Positions 50,713 through 61,928 of a stretch of DNA of 64,000 nucleotides are shown piece after piece. The notes below the pieces were generated by a model. The model saw only the letters and a program-made list of their open reading frames with translations, made no database searches and was not told the DNA's origin. How positions within the stretch are numbered: the first letter of the stretch is position 1; each line of letters opens with the position of its first letter. The DNA is from Thermodesulfovibrionales bacterium (GTDB taxonomy: Bacteria > Nitrospirota > Thermodesulfovibrionia > Thermodesulfovibrionales > SM23-35), in contig CAVQRT010000002.1 in assembly GCA_963715195.1 (NCBI GenBank), positions 256,001-320,000 on the forward strand, in the 5' to 3' direction. The translations under genes were made by a program, and so were the position numbers.

Positions 50713-52140
50713 TCAAGAAACCAAATGAAGCTGCCTGAGCATCCTAAGCCGGTAAGGATGCTTGAGTTTTCTCATCGCTTTCACCTCGATTTGCCGGACT
50801 CTTTCCCGCGTGATGGAGAGTTGCTTGCCTATTTCATCGAGGGTATGGTCCCTGTCAACACCGATGCCAAATCTCATGCGTATGACCATCTCCTCTCTGG
50901 GGTTCAGCGTTGTCTTGAGGATTTGCAATAAGACTTCCGTTGTCTTGTTCTTTTCTGTATCGTCATAGGGAGAAAAACTGCTGTCGCCGATGAAATCTTC
51001 CAGTGTCGCCTCATCATCTCCGATCGGGGTTTGCAAAGTCACCGGATCCTGAACAGCTCTCAGAACGGCTTCTACCTTCCGGACGGGCATGCCGATTTTT
51101 TGTGCAATCTCCTCGGTACCCGGTTCCCGCCCGAATTGTTGCGTCAGTTCCTTCGAGGCATTGTTTATCTTGTTATTCAACTCCATCATGTGAACCGGCA
51201 CCCGTATGGTCTTTGTCTGTTCCACCAGAGCCCTGGTAATCGCCTGCTTTATCCACCAGGTAGCGTAGGTGCTGAACTTGAATCCCATGGTATAGTCAAA
51301 CCGTTCTATAGCTTTCATCAGCCCGATATTTCCCTCCTGAATGAGATCAAGCAGGGAAAGACCCCTCCCGATATAATGCTTTGCAATATTGATGACGAGC
51401 CGCAGGTTATGAATAATGAGTTCATTTTTTGCTTTGGACACAACTTCACGTGCGAGCGCAACCTGATGGTATTCCTGCTTCAGTTCATCTATCGCAATGC
51501 CGACCTCAGATTCAACCCGTTTCTGCTCTGCTTCCAGTGCTTCCGGAAACCGGCGAAGCTTCGCCGGTTTCTGCCCTCTTTTCTTCCTTTGCGGCACCCC
51601 TGTTTTGCATTTCCGAAGGTTTTCGCAATGGAAGTATTTTCGCTCGGTCACAGCAATTTCTTCCATAAGATCGTCAAGTCTTGCCAGGCTCTTTCTCAAT
51701 GCTTGCTCTGCCATATCATCTTCGGAGCCATCATATTCCTCGAGTTCCCGCGAATCAAGCAGATCAAGGATATTCTTGTATAAGGGAAGAACGGTAATGG
51801 TTTTCTTAATAACCTCGTTACCCACCTCTATTCTCAGTGCAAGTCCCGTTTCTTCATCCCTTGAAAGGATAGAGATATCACCCATGGAGTGGAAATACGC
51901 CTGAATGAGATCATCACTCTTTTCGTGTGATTCCTTTTCCTCAGGAATGTCTTCTTCGCCCTGGGCACCCTCGGTATTTACCACCTTTACGCCCATATCC
52001 TGGAGAAGAGTCATAAAATCCTCCAGTTCCTCCTCGGCAATAAAATCCTGCGGGAGAGCATGCTGAATTTCATCGTGGGTAAGAAACCCGCGCCTCTTCC
52101 CCAGATCAATGACCTCTTCAAAAATATCCCACTCTTTCAT
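50713..52140 (-). CDS. RpoD-like sigma-70 factor (paralog, not next to dnaG)
   Basis: Region 1.1 GFLTHDEI, region 2 NLRLVINIAK..DLIQEGNIGLMKA..FSTYATWWIKQAITR, region 4.2 TRERVRQIE. Confidence 0.9.
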   Translation of the reverse strand: MKEWDIFEEVIDLGKRRGFLTHDEIQHALPQDFIAEEELEDFMTLLQDMGVKVVNTEGAQGEEDIPEEKESHEKSDDLIQAYFHSMGDISILSRDEETGLALRIEVGNEVIKKTITVLPLYKNILDLLDSRELEEYDGSEDDMAEQALRKSLARLDDLMEEIAVTERKYFHCENLRKCKTGVPQRKKRGQKPAKLRRFPEALEAEQKRVESEVGIAIDELKQEYHQVALAREVVSKAKNELIIHNLRLVINIAKHYIGRGLSLLDLIQEGNIGLMKAIERFDYTMGFKFSTYATWWIKQAITRALVEQTKTIRVPVHMMELNNKINNASKELTQQFGREPGTEEIAQKIGMPVRKVEAVLRAVQDPVTLQTPIGDDEATLEDFIGDSSFSPYDDTEKNKTTEVLLQILKTTLNPREEMVIRMRFGIGVDRDHTLDEIGKQLSITRERVRQIEVKAMRKLKHPYRLRMLRQLHLVS

Positions 52141-52191
52141 GCCGTTGCCTTCATATGACTGATCTTTACCCTAAGATCGCATGGTTGCGGT

Positions 52192-52365
52192 TCAGGACTT
52201 GCGATTCTTCTGTCTATGCTCTTCCTGGGACAGGAGAGAAGAAGCTTCATACCCTATTTCGTCGATGGTAAACGAATTATTTCTCGTTATCCCTTCCTCC
52301 GGTTTGGAGTCAGGTTTGAGTCTTATGCCCTTCAGTTTCCTGAAAATTCGCTCTATGCGGAACAT
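52192..52365 (-). CDS. small hypothetical protein (57 aa) upstream of the sigma factor
   Basis: ATG downstream of the sigma-54 motif; AAGGAG lies somewhat far (15 nt) upstream. Confidence 0.35.
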   Translation of the reverse strand: MFRIERIFRKLKGIRLKPDSKPEEGITRNNSFTIDEIGYEASSLLSQEEHRQKNRKS

Positions 52366-52416
52366 ATTCTCTGAGTGTTTCTCCTTGAATGTTATCAACA
52401 AATATATTGATAATTA

Positions 52417-52432
52417 AGCAATATATATGCCA
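52417..52432 (-). promoter_or_regulatory. sigma-54 promoter upstream of the small ORF and the RpoD-like gene
   Basis: TGGCATATATATTGCT, GG-N10-GC. Confidence 0.75.
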
Positions 52433-52480
52433 TTATTCCCGTAATGGAGATGAAAAAACTGGGGGCTGATCAGGAACTGA

Positions 52481-53407
52481 TTACTCTTTGAACAAATCAG
52501 TGCTCAGGTAACGCTCTCCGGTACTCGGCAGGATGACAACGATCTGTTTCTCTCTGTTTTCAGGCCGCTTGGCAACTGTAAGTGCTGCCCATACAGCAGC
52601 ACCTGAGGAGATTCCGCACAGGATCCCTTCCGTTTTCGCGAGAGACCGGGCCGTTTCAAAAGCATCTTCATCCCTCACGGTAACAATTTCATCAAGAATT
52701 GATGTATTGAGTACCTGCGGGATAAAACCGGCTCCGATTCCCTGGATTTTGTGAACTCCGGGATTCCCTCCCGAGAGGACCGGAGATCCGGTAGGTTCAA
52801 CGGCAACGGCTTTCACCCCGGTTTTTCTCTCTTTGATAACCTCTGCAATCCCGGTAATAGTCCCCCCGGTTCCAACACCGGATACCAGGATATCAACCCC
52901 ACCTGCAGAATCCCGCCAGATCTCCTCAGCAGTCGTTCTCCGGTGAATTTCAGGATTTGCCGGATTACTGAACTGATCAGGCATGAATGCTCCCTGTGTC
53001 TGTGAAACTATTTCTTTTGCTTTGCGAATAGCGCCGATTATTCCCTCACCTCCCGGTGTAAGAACTATTTTCGCCCCGAGGTGTTTGAGGAGCTTCCTTC
53101 GTTCGATACTCATCGTCTCCGGCATTGTCAGAATCAAACGGTATCCCCGGACAGCGCAGACGAACGCAAGGGCTATTCCTGTGTTGCCGCTTGTGGGCTC
53201 AATGACTACGGTATTCCTGTGAAGAAGTCCCTGAGCTTCCGCAGCCCTTATCATGGCAAGTCCGACGCGGTCTTTTACGCTTCCAAGGGGATTTTTTGAT
53301 TCGAGCTTGCCGAGAATCGTTGCATTGATTCCTCGGCTGACATGGTTGAATCGCACCAGAGGAGTATATCCTACAGTTTCAGTAATGTCGCGGAAGATTT
53401 TTGCCAC
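52481..53407 (-). CDS. cysK: cysteine synthase A
   Basis: [37 protein letters not shown]. Confidence 0.96.
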   Translation of the reverse strand: MAKIFRDITETVGYTPLVRFNHVSRGINATILGKLESKNPLGSVKDRVGLAMIRAAEAQGLLHRNTVVIEPTSGNTGIALAFVCAVRGYRLILTMPETMSIERRKLLKHLGAKIVLTPGGEGIIGAIRKAKEIVSQTQGAFMPDQFSNPANPEIHRRTTAEEIWRDSAGGVDILVSGVGTGGTITGIAEVIKERKTGVKAVAVEPTGSPVLSGGNPGVHKIQGIGAGFIPQVLNTSILDEIVTVRDEDAFETARSLAKTEGILCGISSGAAVWAALTVAKRPENREKQIVVILPSTGERYLSTDLFKE

Positions 53408-53409
53408 TC

Positions 53410-54357
53410 TTACGGTTTAAAAACCAGTTCAGGTTTTTTCAGAAAGACTTTCGTATCTGGGGGCACCGACTCCGTAATCCAGACATTCCCGCCAACTACA
53501 GACCGGGCACCGATCACAGCCTCTCCTCCTAATATCGTAACTCCGGCATAGATGATAACATCATTTTCGATGGTCGGATGGCGCTTTTGGCTCCTGAGCT
53601 TCTCAACAGTGTCTTTCGGCAGGGACAGAGCACCAAGAGTAACGCCCTGATAGATCCTCACCCGGTTGCCGATCTCTGTTGTCTCCCCGATAACAACACC
53701 GGTACCGTGATCAATAAAAAAACTCTCCCCGATGCTGGCACCGGGATGGATGTCAATTCCTGTCATGTTATGGGCATATTCTGTCATAATGCGGGGAATG
53801 AGTGAAACGCCTTGTTTGTAAAGTTCATGGGCAATCCGGTAAACCGTGATCGCAAAAAGACCGGGGTAACTGAAAATGATTTCGTCAAACCCCTTTGCTG
53901 CCGGATCGCCTTCATACGCGGCGCGTATATCTTTTGCGAGGAGCCTTCTAAGACGCGGGAGTTCCCGCATAAAATGAATCGCTATCTTCTGGCCCCGACC
54001 CTCACAGTCTATGCATACCATGTGGTGACGACGGCACTCATGCCGGATTGCAAGGGTAACCTGTTCTGAAAGTGCCTCAAACAGGTGCGTCACCTCCTGC
54101 CCGTAATAATAGAGCAAATTCACCGTGTCGATGCGGGTGCGGGAAAAGTATCCCGGGTAGAGTACCCGGCACGCCAGGTGGATGATTCCGATTATAGCCT
54201 CTTTGGAAGGCAGCGGTTCGATGTCGACATGATCGAAACAGTCTCCTGTTGTACAGGATTTAACCAGATCATCCACGATGCCCGGTATCTCTTCACGAAA
54301 CTCTTTGGTATCTTCCTTTTTAACCTTACATTGCTCAAGTTTAGATTCGTCCATCAC
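53410..54357 (-). CDS. cysE: serine O-acetyltransferase (long N-terminus, EpsC type)
   Basis: [31 protein letters not shown]. Confidence 0.92.
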   Translation of the reverse strand: MMDESKLEQCKVKKEDTKEFREEIPGIVDDLVKSCTTGDCFDHVDIEPLPSKEAIIGIIHLACRVLYPGYFSRTRIDTVNLLYYYGQEVTHLFEALSEQVTLAIRHECRRHHMVCIDCEGRGQKIAIHFMRELPRLRRLLAKDIRAAYEGDPAAKGFDEIIFSYPGLFAITVYRIAHELYKQGVSLIPRIMTEYAHNMTGIDIHPGASIGESFFIDHGTGVVIGETTEIGNRVRIYQGVTLGALSLPKDTVEKLRSQKRHPTIENDVIIYAGVTILGGEAVIGARSVVGGNVWITESVPPDTKVFLKKPELVFKP

Positions 54358-54526
54358 AAGTCTTACCTCACTGAGGGTCTTTCACCATGAATGGTGTTTC
54401 CGGCATGAGACACGCCGTTTCAGCTATTGTAGCGCATCCCTGCCACCGCGACAAGAGGACTGTCCAGAACAGGCGGTTTCCGTGGTATACTTTTCATCGG
54501 ATAAAAGATATAATGTGTTGTTTTGA

Positions 54527-54823
54527 ATGGAGAATTTGAGCGGGATGTTTATTCTGAATGATTTCGAAGGAACAGCGGTCGGCATCGATTTTTGCGACGG
54601 AGATTTGCAAACCGTACTCTCACTTTTAGCGGATGCAGCCCGTTTTGACGGATTTCTTATCATTGTGGACAGACAGATTAAAGGCAAAATCCAGATAAAA
54701 ATGGATGAACCATGGAACCTCATCCTTGTTGAGATATTGGCAGGTGTCAACTTCGCAACAACCGTCGTGAAAAACAGCATTATCATCTCATACGATCTTT
54801 CATGCAGCAGTCAGCCCAACTGA
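54527..54823 (+). CDS. hypothetical protein
   Basis: 98-aa ORF in an otherwise empty gap; no recognisable motif. Confidence 0.35.
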   Translation: MENLSGMFILNDFEGTAVGIDFCDGDLQTVLSLLADAARFDGFLIIVDRQIKGKIQIKMDEPWNLILVEILAGVNFATTVVKNSIIISYDLSCSSQPN

Positions 54824-55016
54824 TCAGCTCCGGACAATGAATAACTTTCACGGTTTTTTCATATTTTCTTCATCATTTCTTCATAAGTTTCAGATACTAT
54901 AAAACCAAGTAAGGTGCAAAACAGCATACCATTTGTGCTATTCTGATTGATGCACCAACCCTCCTGGCAGCCAGATTCCCCCTCTGGCTGCCTTTACTTC
55001 ATTTCCTGTAAGTATG

Positions 55017-55613
55017 CTATTGAAGCAGGGTGTTGCTCTGCAGTTCAGCAATTATTACCGGCACAAACGAACGGATAACCACTTCAGCAGAACCTTCAAA
55101 AATTGTTTCCGTAACCGCTGACCATATCAGCCTGTCCTTTTTTGCATCAAAAATCCTTGTCTCGATCACTACATTGCGCCCGATTGAAACGATCTGGCAG
55201 CATTGGAGATAATAACCATAAGATCCGCTTCCCTGTCCGGTTACTGCCGGATAAGTCTCATATATCCCCGTATCAGCAACATCTTTCAGTGTCGCGATAA
55301 GGAGAGCATCTGCCTGCAATTCGCTCACTTTCGATGCAAAAATCCGCTTGTCAAGCATTTCCTCTTCCGTAAAAATGCGATAGCTCCGAATCGCCTCTGC
55401 TCCACCTGCATTGAGCTGTTCACCAAATTCGTCCTCCAAAAGCTTCCTCACGGCATCACTCCGGTCGACACCGACAATGAGGATCTTTTGCAGATGGCCT
55501 CCGCGATACGCATCATCCTTCCATACCTGTTTCAGTGTTGTCGGAGCGCACGCAGTAAGCACCGGCAGCAGTATAAAAATAAAAAGCTTGATACAGGATC
55601 CTTTCCATGCCAT
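55017..55613 (-). CDS. putative lipoprotein
   Basis: Lipobox LTAC; C-terminal ETRIFDAKKDRLIWSA (DUF4136-like). Confidence 0.7.
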   Translation of the reverse strand: MAWKGSCIKLFIFILLPVLTACAPTTLKQVWKDDAYRGGHLQKILIVGVDRSDAVRKLLEDEFGEQLNAGGAEAIRSYRIFTEEEMLDKRIFASKVSELQADALLIATLKDVADTGIYETYPAVTGQGSGSYGYYLQCCQIVSIGRNVVIETRIFDAKKDRLIWSAVTETIFEGSAEVVIRSFVPVIIAELQSNTLLQ

Positions 55614-55763
55614 TTCCTTACCCTCCCCACTATGCTTTGTTTTCCTATAATACCCGAATCCTGTGAGAACCAACCGGTTCGGCACACACAATGCTCTTTC
55701 ATTATAATTTTTTTTGCTCCATACTAATTGACTTTGTGAGGTGCATCCGGTAAAGTTTTATCG

Positions 55764-57069
55764 ATGTCCAAACAGGTTAAATCGGCCAAGCCTCCGATCA
55801 TCGAAGAAATTCGGGCCAAATTGCGCCTCCTGAATCTTAGTAGCGGCCTTTGTCATCTTTACCCTTCTCGCCGTTATCCTCAGATATCTTTTCAAACCAT
55901 TGAACGAGGTGCTCGATTTCCTCCCGGATATTTCCATTACGCTCATAATCGTCATCATCCTGATCCTTACCATCGCCGGGTTTATCGTGTGGCGTTCAGT
56001 CTCAAAAAAAATTATACAGAGCATAGAAAAATACCGGGCGAGGCTGGACACAATTTTCGCCGTGACGAAGGACATGCGTGAAGAGCTTTATGGTGACATC
56101 CTGCTGGACAAAATAATATCCCATGGCATTTCCCTTACTCAGTCTGAAGCAGGGTTTGTTCTGCTGAAACAGGATGGCAATTTCGTCTTCAGGATCGTTA
56201 AAGGTCCGGCACGGGATATCCTGATGGGAACGCCGCTGCCGAACGGCAGAGGAATTGCCGGATGGGTGCTGAAAACTGGCAAATCTCTGAATATATCAAA
56301 CGTGATGACCGATAAACGGTTTGATGCTGCAGTTGATGCCCTTTCCGGTGATCAGACGGCATCCGTTCTCTCGATGCCTTTATCAACAAAGAACGGCATT
56401 ATCGGCGTCATAGAACTGAGCCGTCGGGGAGGTGCTTATGATGACAAAGATGCTGAGTTGATCGGCTACCTGGGGGACCAGGCAGCAAGCTCCCTTGTAC
56501 AGGCACAGTTCCATGAAGACCAGAAAAACTATGAAATCCATATCACGGATATTCTCCTGAAGGCCATTGATGCGCACATCCCGGAGAAACGGGGGCATTC
56601 GCACAGAGTGGCGAAGTACAGCAACATAATCGCAAAGGCCATCAATATGCCCGAGGAACAGAAAAAACATCTATATCTGGCAAGCCTGCTCCACGATCTT
56701 GGGTTTCTCCGTATAAAGGCTGAGGAAATGCTCACCCGTGAAGACTGTATCAAGCATTCTGTCATCGGGTACGAAATGATACGGCCGATCAACTTTTATG
56801 CGGATATCGCGCCCTTCATCCTCCACCATCATGAACGTTATGATGGTGGAGGATATCCGGCAAAACTTCAGGGAACGGCAATTCCTCTTGAATCAAGAAT
56901 AATAAGCATTGCCGAAGCATTTGATGCCATGACAAGCGGATCCTACTACAAGACGCCCATCAAAGCGGAAGAGGCGGTCAGGGAACTGGAGGAAAATGCC
57001 GGGACGCAGTTTGACCCCGCACTTGTTCAGACCTTCGTCAAAAATATCCGCATAGATCATCCTCAGTAG
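55764..57069 (+). CDS. membrane-anchored GAF/HD-GYP phosphodiesterase (1-bp frameshift at ~55833)
   Basis: GAF (GIAGWVLKTG..IIGVIEL), HSHRVA, LLHDLG, HHERYDGGGYP; the N-terminal ORF joins by removing one A (CTG[A]ATC). Confidence 0.85.
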
Positions 57070-57105
57070 TATCCCGGCAATCCTTTCCTGACAGAGGCGG
57101 CCGGA

Positions 57106-57729
57106 TCAGATGAGGCCCAGCATGACCAGACCATTCTTAACAAACAGAACCGCAAAGATTGCCAGAATGACCCCGGTTGCTCTGATGACATACAGGTATG
57201 TCCTGCTTTTCAGAAATTTCTTTGATCTGTTGACAAGAAGCGCAATCAGAATTTTCGAACCAATAAGGAGAATATAGAATCCGGCTATGAATGACAGGGC
57301 GGAAAACTTGCCGGTCCGGCAGGCTTTCAGGATGATGGGAGAACCAATTGTTAACCAGAAGAGGTAAGGATGGGGACTCAGGAAATTTGTTATCACCCCT
57401 TTGCGGAGAGACTGCGGCTTCACGGAACGAAGACGAGGATGCACGTCCCGTATCATGATGTTCCGGTAGGCAAGAGAGGCGAGGAATGATGATCCCGCAA
57501 GGGAGATGAGCCCCAGAAGAAAATCAGAGTGCGAGATTCCTGAGAGGATGAACACACTTGCCCCAATGATCGGCACATCAGTCAGTACCGGCGCAACCGA
57601 TACCAGAACTCCTTCCTTCCTGCTGTGTATGAGGGTTTCTGATATGACAAGGGCAAGAAGAGGCCCGGGGGAAATCCCCGCAGCGAATCCCAGCAGAATA
57701 CCCGAAACAAAATAGTGCATTGATTCCAT
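57106..57729 (-). CDS. LysE family translocator
   Basis: GISPGPLLALVI, NFLSPHPYLFW. Confidence 0.85.
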   Translation of the reverse strand: MESMHYFVSGILLGFAAGISPGPLLALVISETLIHSRKEGVLVSVAPVLTDVPIIGASVFILSGISHSDFLLGLISLAGSSFLASLAYRNIMIRDVHPRLRSVKPQSLRKGVITNFLSPHPYLFWLTIGSPIILKACRTGKFSALSFIAGFYILLIGSKILIALLVNRSKKFLKSRTYLYVIRATGVILAIFAVLFVKNGLVMLGLI

Positions 57730-57781
57730 CAGGCCCAGATTCTTGACACCCGAAAACGCAAAAGTGTAAAGTTAAGTTTGT

Positions 57782-57857
57782 GGGCAGTTAGCTCAGTCGG
57801 TAGAGCAGAGGCCTGAAAAGCCTCGTGTCCGCAGTTCGATTCTGCGACTGCCCACCA
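57782..57857 (+). tRNA. tRNA-Phe(GAA)
   Basis: GGGCAGT/ACTGCCC acceptor stem, GAGGC-CTGAAAA-GCCTC anticodon arm, CCA; TTGACA promoter at 57743. Confidence 0.95.
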
Positions 57858-58078
57858 TCCCGTTGTCAACATCCGCTCACCATGTCTTGCCATTCCGGAT
57901 ATTATCTGCCCAGATACCGGATAAACGTTTATCGTATGTGAAGAAAATAATGACACAGTTGGAAGAGAAATCATTCTACAATCAGTTTTTATTCAATAGG
58001 AAGACATCGTGTTCATAATTATAATAAATTCACTTTTTTCTTGACAAAACAATTAAATTTCGCCGAAAATTGACAGGT

Positions 58079-59341
58079 ATGATCAGGCACATACCGTACA
58101 TTATACACATACTCATACTCGTCTCTTCCTTCCCTCTTTATGCATCTGAAGTCATTCCCAAAGCACAAATCTCTCAGCCTGCAGTTTCCGATTTTACCCA
58201 AGATGAAATCAGGAGTAGTCCGGAAATTGTCGAAGAATATCTTGGCAATCAACTCGCTGCCGCTGCTGTCAGCAAGCAGATAACCCTTTATACAGTAAAA
58301 ATCCGCGAGAAATTCTCTCTGTGGCTCAGCAGGTCGGGTAAATATCTTGAACTGATGAAAGGGATATTGAAAGAAAGGGATATCCCGGAAGATATGGTCT
58401 TCCTGCCTCTGATCGAGAGCGGATTCAATCCGAATGCATACTCGCCTGCAAAGGCAGCGGGATACTGGCAGTTTATCGCGTCGACGGCAAAGCGGTACGG
58501 ACTTCAAATCAACTGGTGGCGCGATGAACGGAGAGACCCGGTTAAATCTACAGTGGCTGCAGCAAACTATCTCAAAGACCTCTACGAAATCTTCGGATCG
58601 TGGAATCTGGCCATGGCTGCGTATAACGCGGGGGAAGGCAAGATAATAAGGGCTCTGAAAAGGACAAAGGCTGATGATTACTGGTCATTGTTGCCGACCA
58701 ACCAGATCAAAAGAGAAACAAAGGACTATGTTCCGAAGTTTATAGCTGCGAGTCTGATCGCGTACAGTCCGGAAGATTATGGGTTTGATAATCTTGAATT
58801 CCATCCGCCGCTTAGTTATGAGACTGCGACCTTGAATTTCCCTGTCGATCTTGACGTTGCCGCAGACTGTGCGGAAACATCCCTTGATATAATCAGGGGA
58901 TTGAATCCGGAACTGAAGAGATGGTGTACACCTCCCGACCTTAGGGAATATCCCCTCAGGATCCCGGAAGGGAAAAAGGAAATCTTTTTCGAAAACCTCT
59001 CCCGGGTTCCCGAAAATGAGCGTTTTACCGTTGATGTATATACTGCGAAGAAAAGGGATACCTTTAAAAGCATTTCGAAGAAGACCGGCGTTCCTGTGGC
59101 AGTTATTCTTGATTTGAATGACATGGAGAAGATCATGCCCCTTTCGGCCGGAACGAAAATCTATCTCCCGCCAAAGGGAAAATTTGTTCAGGACAGGCAG
59201 GAACGTGCAATCGTCAAAAAAGTATCTCTGAAAAAGAAGAAATCTGGCGTGAGGGGCAAACGCGCCAAATCGAAGAAGCCCGTTGCGAAGACATCATATA
59301 AGCAGAAACGGGCACCGAAGACCAGCCTGAAAAAGATTTAG
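58079..59341 (+). CDS. lytic transglycosylase with LysM (MltD-like)
   Basis: LPLIESGF, AAGYWQFI, AAYNAGEG, ETKDYVPKF; LysM-like segment and a basic tail. Confidence 0.88.
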   Translation: MIRHIPYIIHILILVSSFPLYASEVIPKAQISQPAVSDFTQDEIRSSPEIVEEYLGNQLAAAAVSKQITLYTVKIREKFSLWLSRSGKYLELMKGILKERDIPEDMVFLPLIESGFNPNAYSPAKAAGYWQFIASTAKRYGLQINWWRDERRDPVKSTVAAANYLKDLYEIFGSWNLAMAAYNAGEGKIIRALKRTKADDYWSLLPTNQIKRETKDYVPKFIAASLIAYSPEDYGFDNLEFHPPLSYETATLNFPVDLDVAADCAETSLDIIRGLNPELKRWCTPPDLREYPLRIPEGKKEIFFENLSRVPENERFTVDVYTAKKRDTFKSISKKTGVPVAVILDLNDMEKIMPLSAGTKIYLPPKGKFVQDRQERAIVKKVSLKKKKSGVRGKRAKSKKPVAKTSYKQKRAPKTSLKKI

Positions 59342-60039
59342 CCTTCTTTTTTCTCTGACACTTTCAACTGCGCCTCATCTTTGAAAGGAGAGGTGGGAAA
59401 TCTTGTGATCAGTTCCTCATATTTTTTTCTGGCTTCATCAGACTTTCCTTCCTCTTCCAGAAGTTTGCCATATTCCATGAGAGCAAAATCTTTGTAAATA
59501 TCACCTTTCAAATTGTAGAGGGCATCGAGCGTCTTTTTTGCCTCGCCCGTATCGCCTTTCCGCATGTAAATCGTCGCCATTTTCCGGTAAGCGAGCGGCA
59601 GGAATTGTTCTTCGCCTGAATACTTCCGGGAAAAATCTTTCAGGGTTTTCAGTGCCTCGTCATATTTGCCGAGTTCATAGGAGCAGGCAGCAATATAATA
59701 GAGCGAAATGGGTGATTTTTTCGTTTCATACGCTTTCTTGAATACATCCAGGGCTTTTCTGTATTGATCTTCCCTGGTATCCGTCTGTTGAGAGCCTCTG
59801 CTGTAGTAAATCCTGTAGGCTTCGTACTCGAGCTTCTTTGCCCTGGACTCAGCAGTATACGAATAAACCAGCAAACTTATGACAACCGCAATGAGAACCA
59901 CGATACCAATACCGATTTTCAGAGCAAGACCCTGCCGCTGCTGAAAGGCGTCCTTCAGGGTCGAAAGTTTTTCCTGTACTTCTTCCTCAGGTGTATCACT
60001 TTTTTTCGGTATTCTTTTTTTGATTGCCTTGGGCATCAA
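59338..60039 (-). CDS. TM-anchored TPR protein (YfgM-like)
   Basis: Single TM helix followed by TPR helices. Confidence 0.7.
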   Translation of the reverse strand: MMPKAIKKRIPKKSDTPEEEVQEKLSTLKDAFQQRQGLALKIGIGIVVLIAVVISLLVYSYTAESRAKKLEYEAYRIYYSRGSQQTDTREDQYRKALDVFKKAYETKKSPISLYYIAACSYELGKYDEALKTLKDFSRKYSGEEQFLPLAYRKMATIYMRKGDTGEAKKTLDALYNLKGDIYKDFALMEYGKLLEEEGKSDEARKKYEELITRFPTSPFKDEAQLKVSEKKEG

Positions 60040-60692
60040 TTCCTCCCGTGAATTTTTTCTGTGAGCGCCTGTGCATGATTAAATATGGTTTCGATGCGGT
60101 TCGGTTCTATTCCTGCAGCAAGGAGTATTTTTCTTGCCAGGTCCCGCGTGATCAAATCTGACGGGCTGTGTGCATCAGTATTTATGCAGAGCGGAACACC
60201 AAATCGTATTGCTTCTTTTGCCACATAGCCGTTCGATAATGAATGCCCCTTGCGGGCTGTTATCTCGAGCGTCACTCCTTTCTCCTTTGCAAAGAGAAGA
60301 TCATGCTCTGAGATCAGGCCCGGATGTGCAAGGATATCGGCCTCCGCTTCAATAGCTGCCCTGTTCGTTCCGGGTGCAACCGGCTCGACGATCGTCTCCC
60401 CGTGCACGATAACAATTTTAGCGCCTAAGTACCGTGCCTCTTTCACGATGTCGGGGATCATCTGCGGCGGGACGTGGGTTATCTCAGCGCCGGGGATAGC
60501 ATCGATTGAAATATAGTTCTTCATTTTTTCGACCGCCTTGGCAACCCGCGGAACCACAAAATCAATATTCGACGAATCCACGTGGTCCGTAATCGCGATC
60601 GCCTTATAGCCGATTGCCATAGCCCGCCTGATTAGCTCCGAAGGCACAAGCTCACCGTCGCTGAAAAAGCTGTGTGTGTGAAGATCAATCAT
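60036..60692 (-). CDS. PHP-domain phosphatase (histidinol-phosphatase-like)
   Basis: DLHTHS, ITDH, NTDAH. Confidence 0.85.
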   Translation of the reverse strand: MIDLHTHSFFSDGELVPSELIRRAMAIGYKAIAITDHVDSSNIDFVVPRVAKAVEKMKNYISIDAIPGAEITHVPPQMIPDIVKEARYLGAKIVIVHGETIVEPVAPGTNRAAIEAEADILAHPGLISEHDLLFAKEKGVTLEITARKGHSLSNGYVAKEAIRFGVPLCINTDAHSPSDLITRDLARKILLAAGIEPNRIETIFNHAQALTEKIHGRN

Positions 60693-60750
60693 GGTTCTGA
60701 GTGGATTATTGTATCAGAATAATTATTCTTTTTGCACGACCACCGGCTCT

Positions 60751-61482
60751 TCACAGCAATGGTGCCCGGGCGAGGGCGAGCACGGCAACGTCTTTTGCAC
60801 CTGCCTTCATGAGCATTTTCGAACACTCTCGCACAGTTGCCCCGGTAGTAATTACATCATCAATGAGCAGGAAACTAAGCTTCCTGATATCGCCGCGGAC
60901 CTGGAATGCATTCCTGAGATTAACGAGGCGCTCCCTGGCAGATAGTCCTATCTGGGGAGGCGTGTCTTTTGTTTTGACGAGAGCATCAAGGGACAGGTGC
61001 ATTCCTGTATGCTTTGCAATGACCTGTGCAATTAAGAGGGACTGATTGAACCCTCTCTTGATCAGGCCTTTCTTGCTCAACGGAACAGGAACAATCACCT
61101 CTGCACGGGGGATGTCAAGGCGGAGCAGCAAAGTAGCCAGCGGTTTGGAGAGTCGTCTCACTCCATGAAATTTGAACAGATGAATTGCCTCTGCGAGAAC
61201 TCCTTCATACAAACCGTATGGGGTGATCCGAGAGAATGGGGGTGGTTTTTGCATGCATTGCCCGCATATCCTCGTGTACTCTGAAGAAACCGGCAGCGCG
61301 CATGTTGCGCAGGACGGACCTGAGTACCTCTGGATATGGGACCAGCAGGCGCTGCATATCGGAGAATGAGCCCATTGATCAGATGGATCTGAACAAACAG
61401 GGCACCGCGAAGGATAGAGAATATTCAGCAGTCTGGAGATTAAGGCATGTCTGTGATAAGCAGTGTTCCGCATCTGCCGCAC
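60751..61482 (-). CDS. comF: ComF family protein
   Basis: Double zinc ribbon, RGFNQS, LIDDVITTGAT. Confidence 0.9.
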   Translation of the reverse strand: MRQMRNTAYHRHALISRLLNILYPSRCPVCSDPSDQWAHSPICSACWSHIQRYSGPSCATCALPVSSEYTRICGQCMQKPPPFSRITPYGLYEGVLAEAIHLFKFHGVRRLSKPLATLLLRLDIPRAEVIVPVPLSKKGLIKRGFNQSLLIAQVIAKHTGMHLSLDALVKTKDTPPQIGLSARERLVNLRNAFQVRGDIRKLSFLLIDDVITTGATVRECSKMLMKAGAKDVAVLALARAPLL

Positions 61483-61927
61483 TTGGGCTCCCGGGAGAGC
61501 TTTTCAGAAGATACTTTATTTTTTGTTCCGCACCCGGCGCAGGCGATAATCTGAAAATCTTGCATGGCCTCTGCGGCAGGCAGTTCTTTCGTGTCGATTC
61601 CCTGCTCATGGAGAACTGTCTTGACGAACTGTATATACGTCTCATCCCATTCAGTCAGCTCAATACCCATGCCGTTTTTCGCGGGCGTTACCGGCGCCTT
61701 TACAGTTCTTCTCACAATCCCCCTGAGAGATGATATTTTATTCCCGGGCATCATAACTTGAACATTTACAGCGGTGCCTGGAGCGAACCCGCGATTTGTC
61801 CTGATAAACAAACCATTCGCTGACAGGTTGCTTAAAATACCCTTATAACTCAAACCTCCTGAACTGAACGTTATCTCAAGCCTCCTGGTGAATCTCGGAT
61901 GCCTTTGATATCCTCTTGTGCGCGCCA

Positions 61928-61928
<1 letters not shown>
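61440..61928 (-). CDS. PilZ domain protein with a C-terminal zinc ribbon
   Basis: QRHPRF (RxxxR-like), NLSANGLFI, then CAGCGTKNKV..PKCGRC. Confidence 0.75.

Noticed and set aside
54915..54931. Possible sigma-54 promoter TGGTATGCTGTTTTGCA on the minus strand
   Set aside because: GG-to-GC spacing is 11 rather than 10, and no clear downstream gene is present.
54966..54995. Hairpin GGCAGCCAGA/TCTGGCTGCC as an sRNA
   Set aside because: It is adequately explained as a terminator between convergent ORFs, with no other support.
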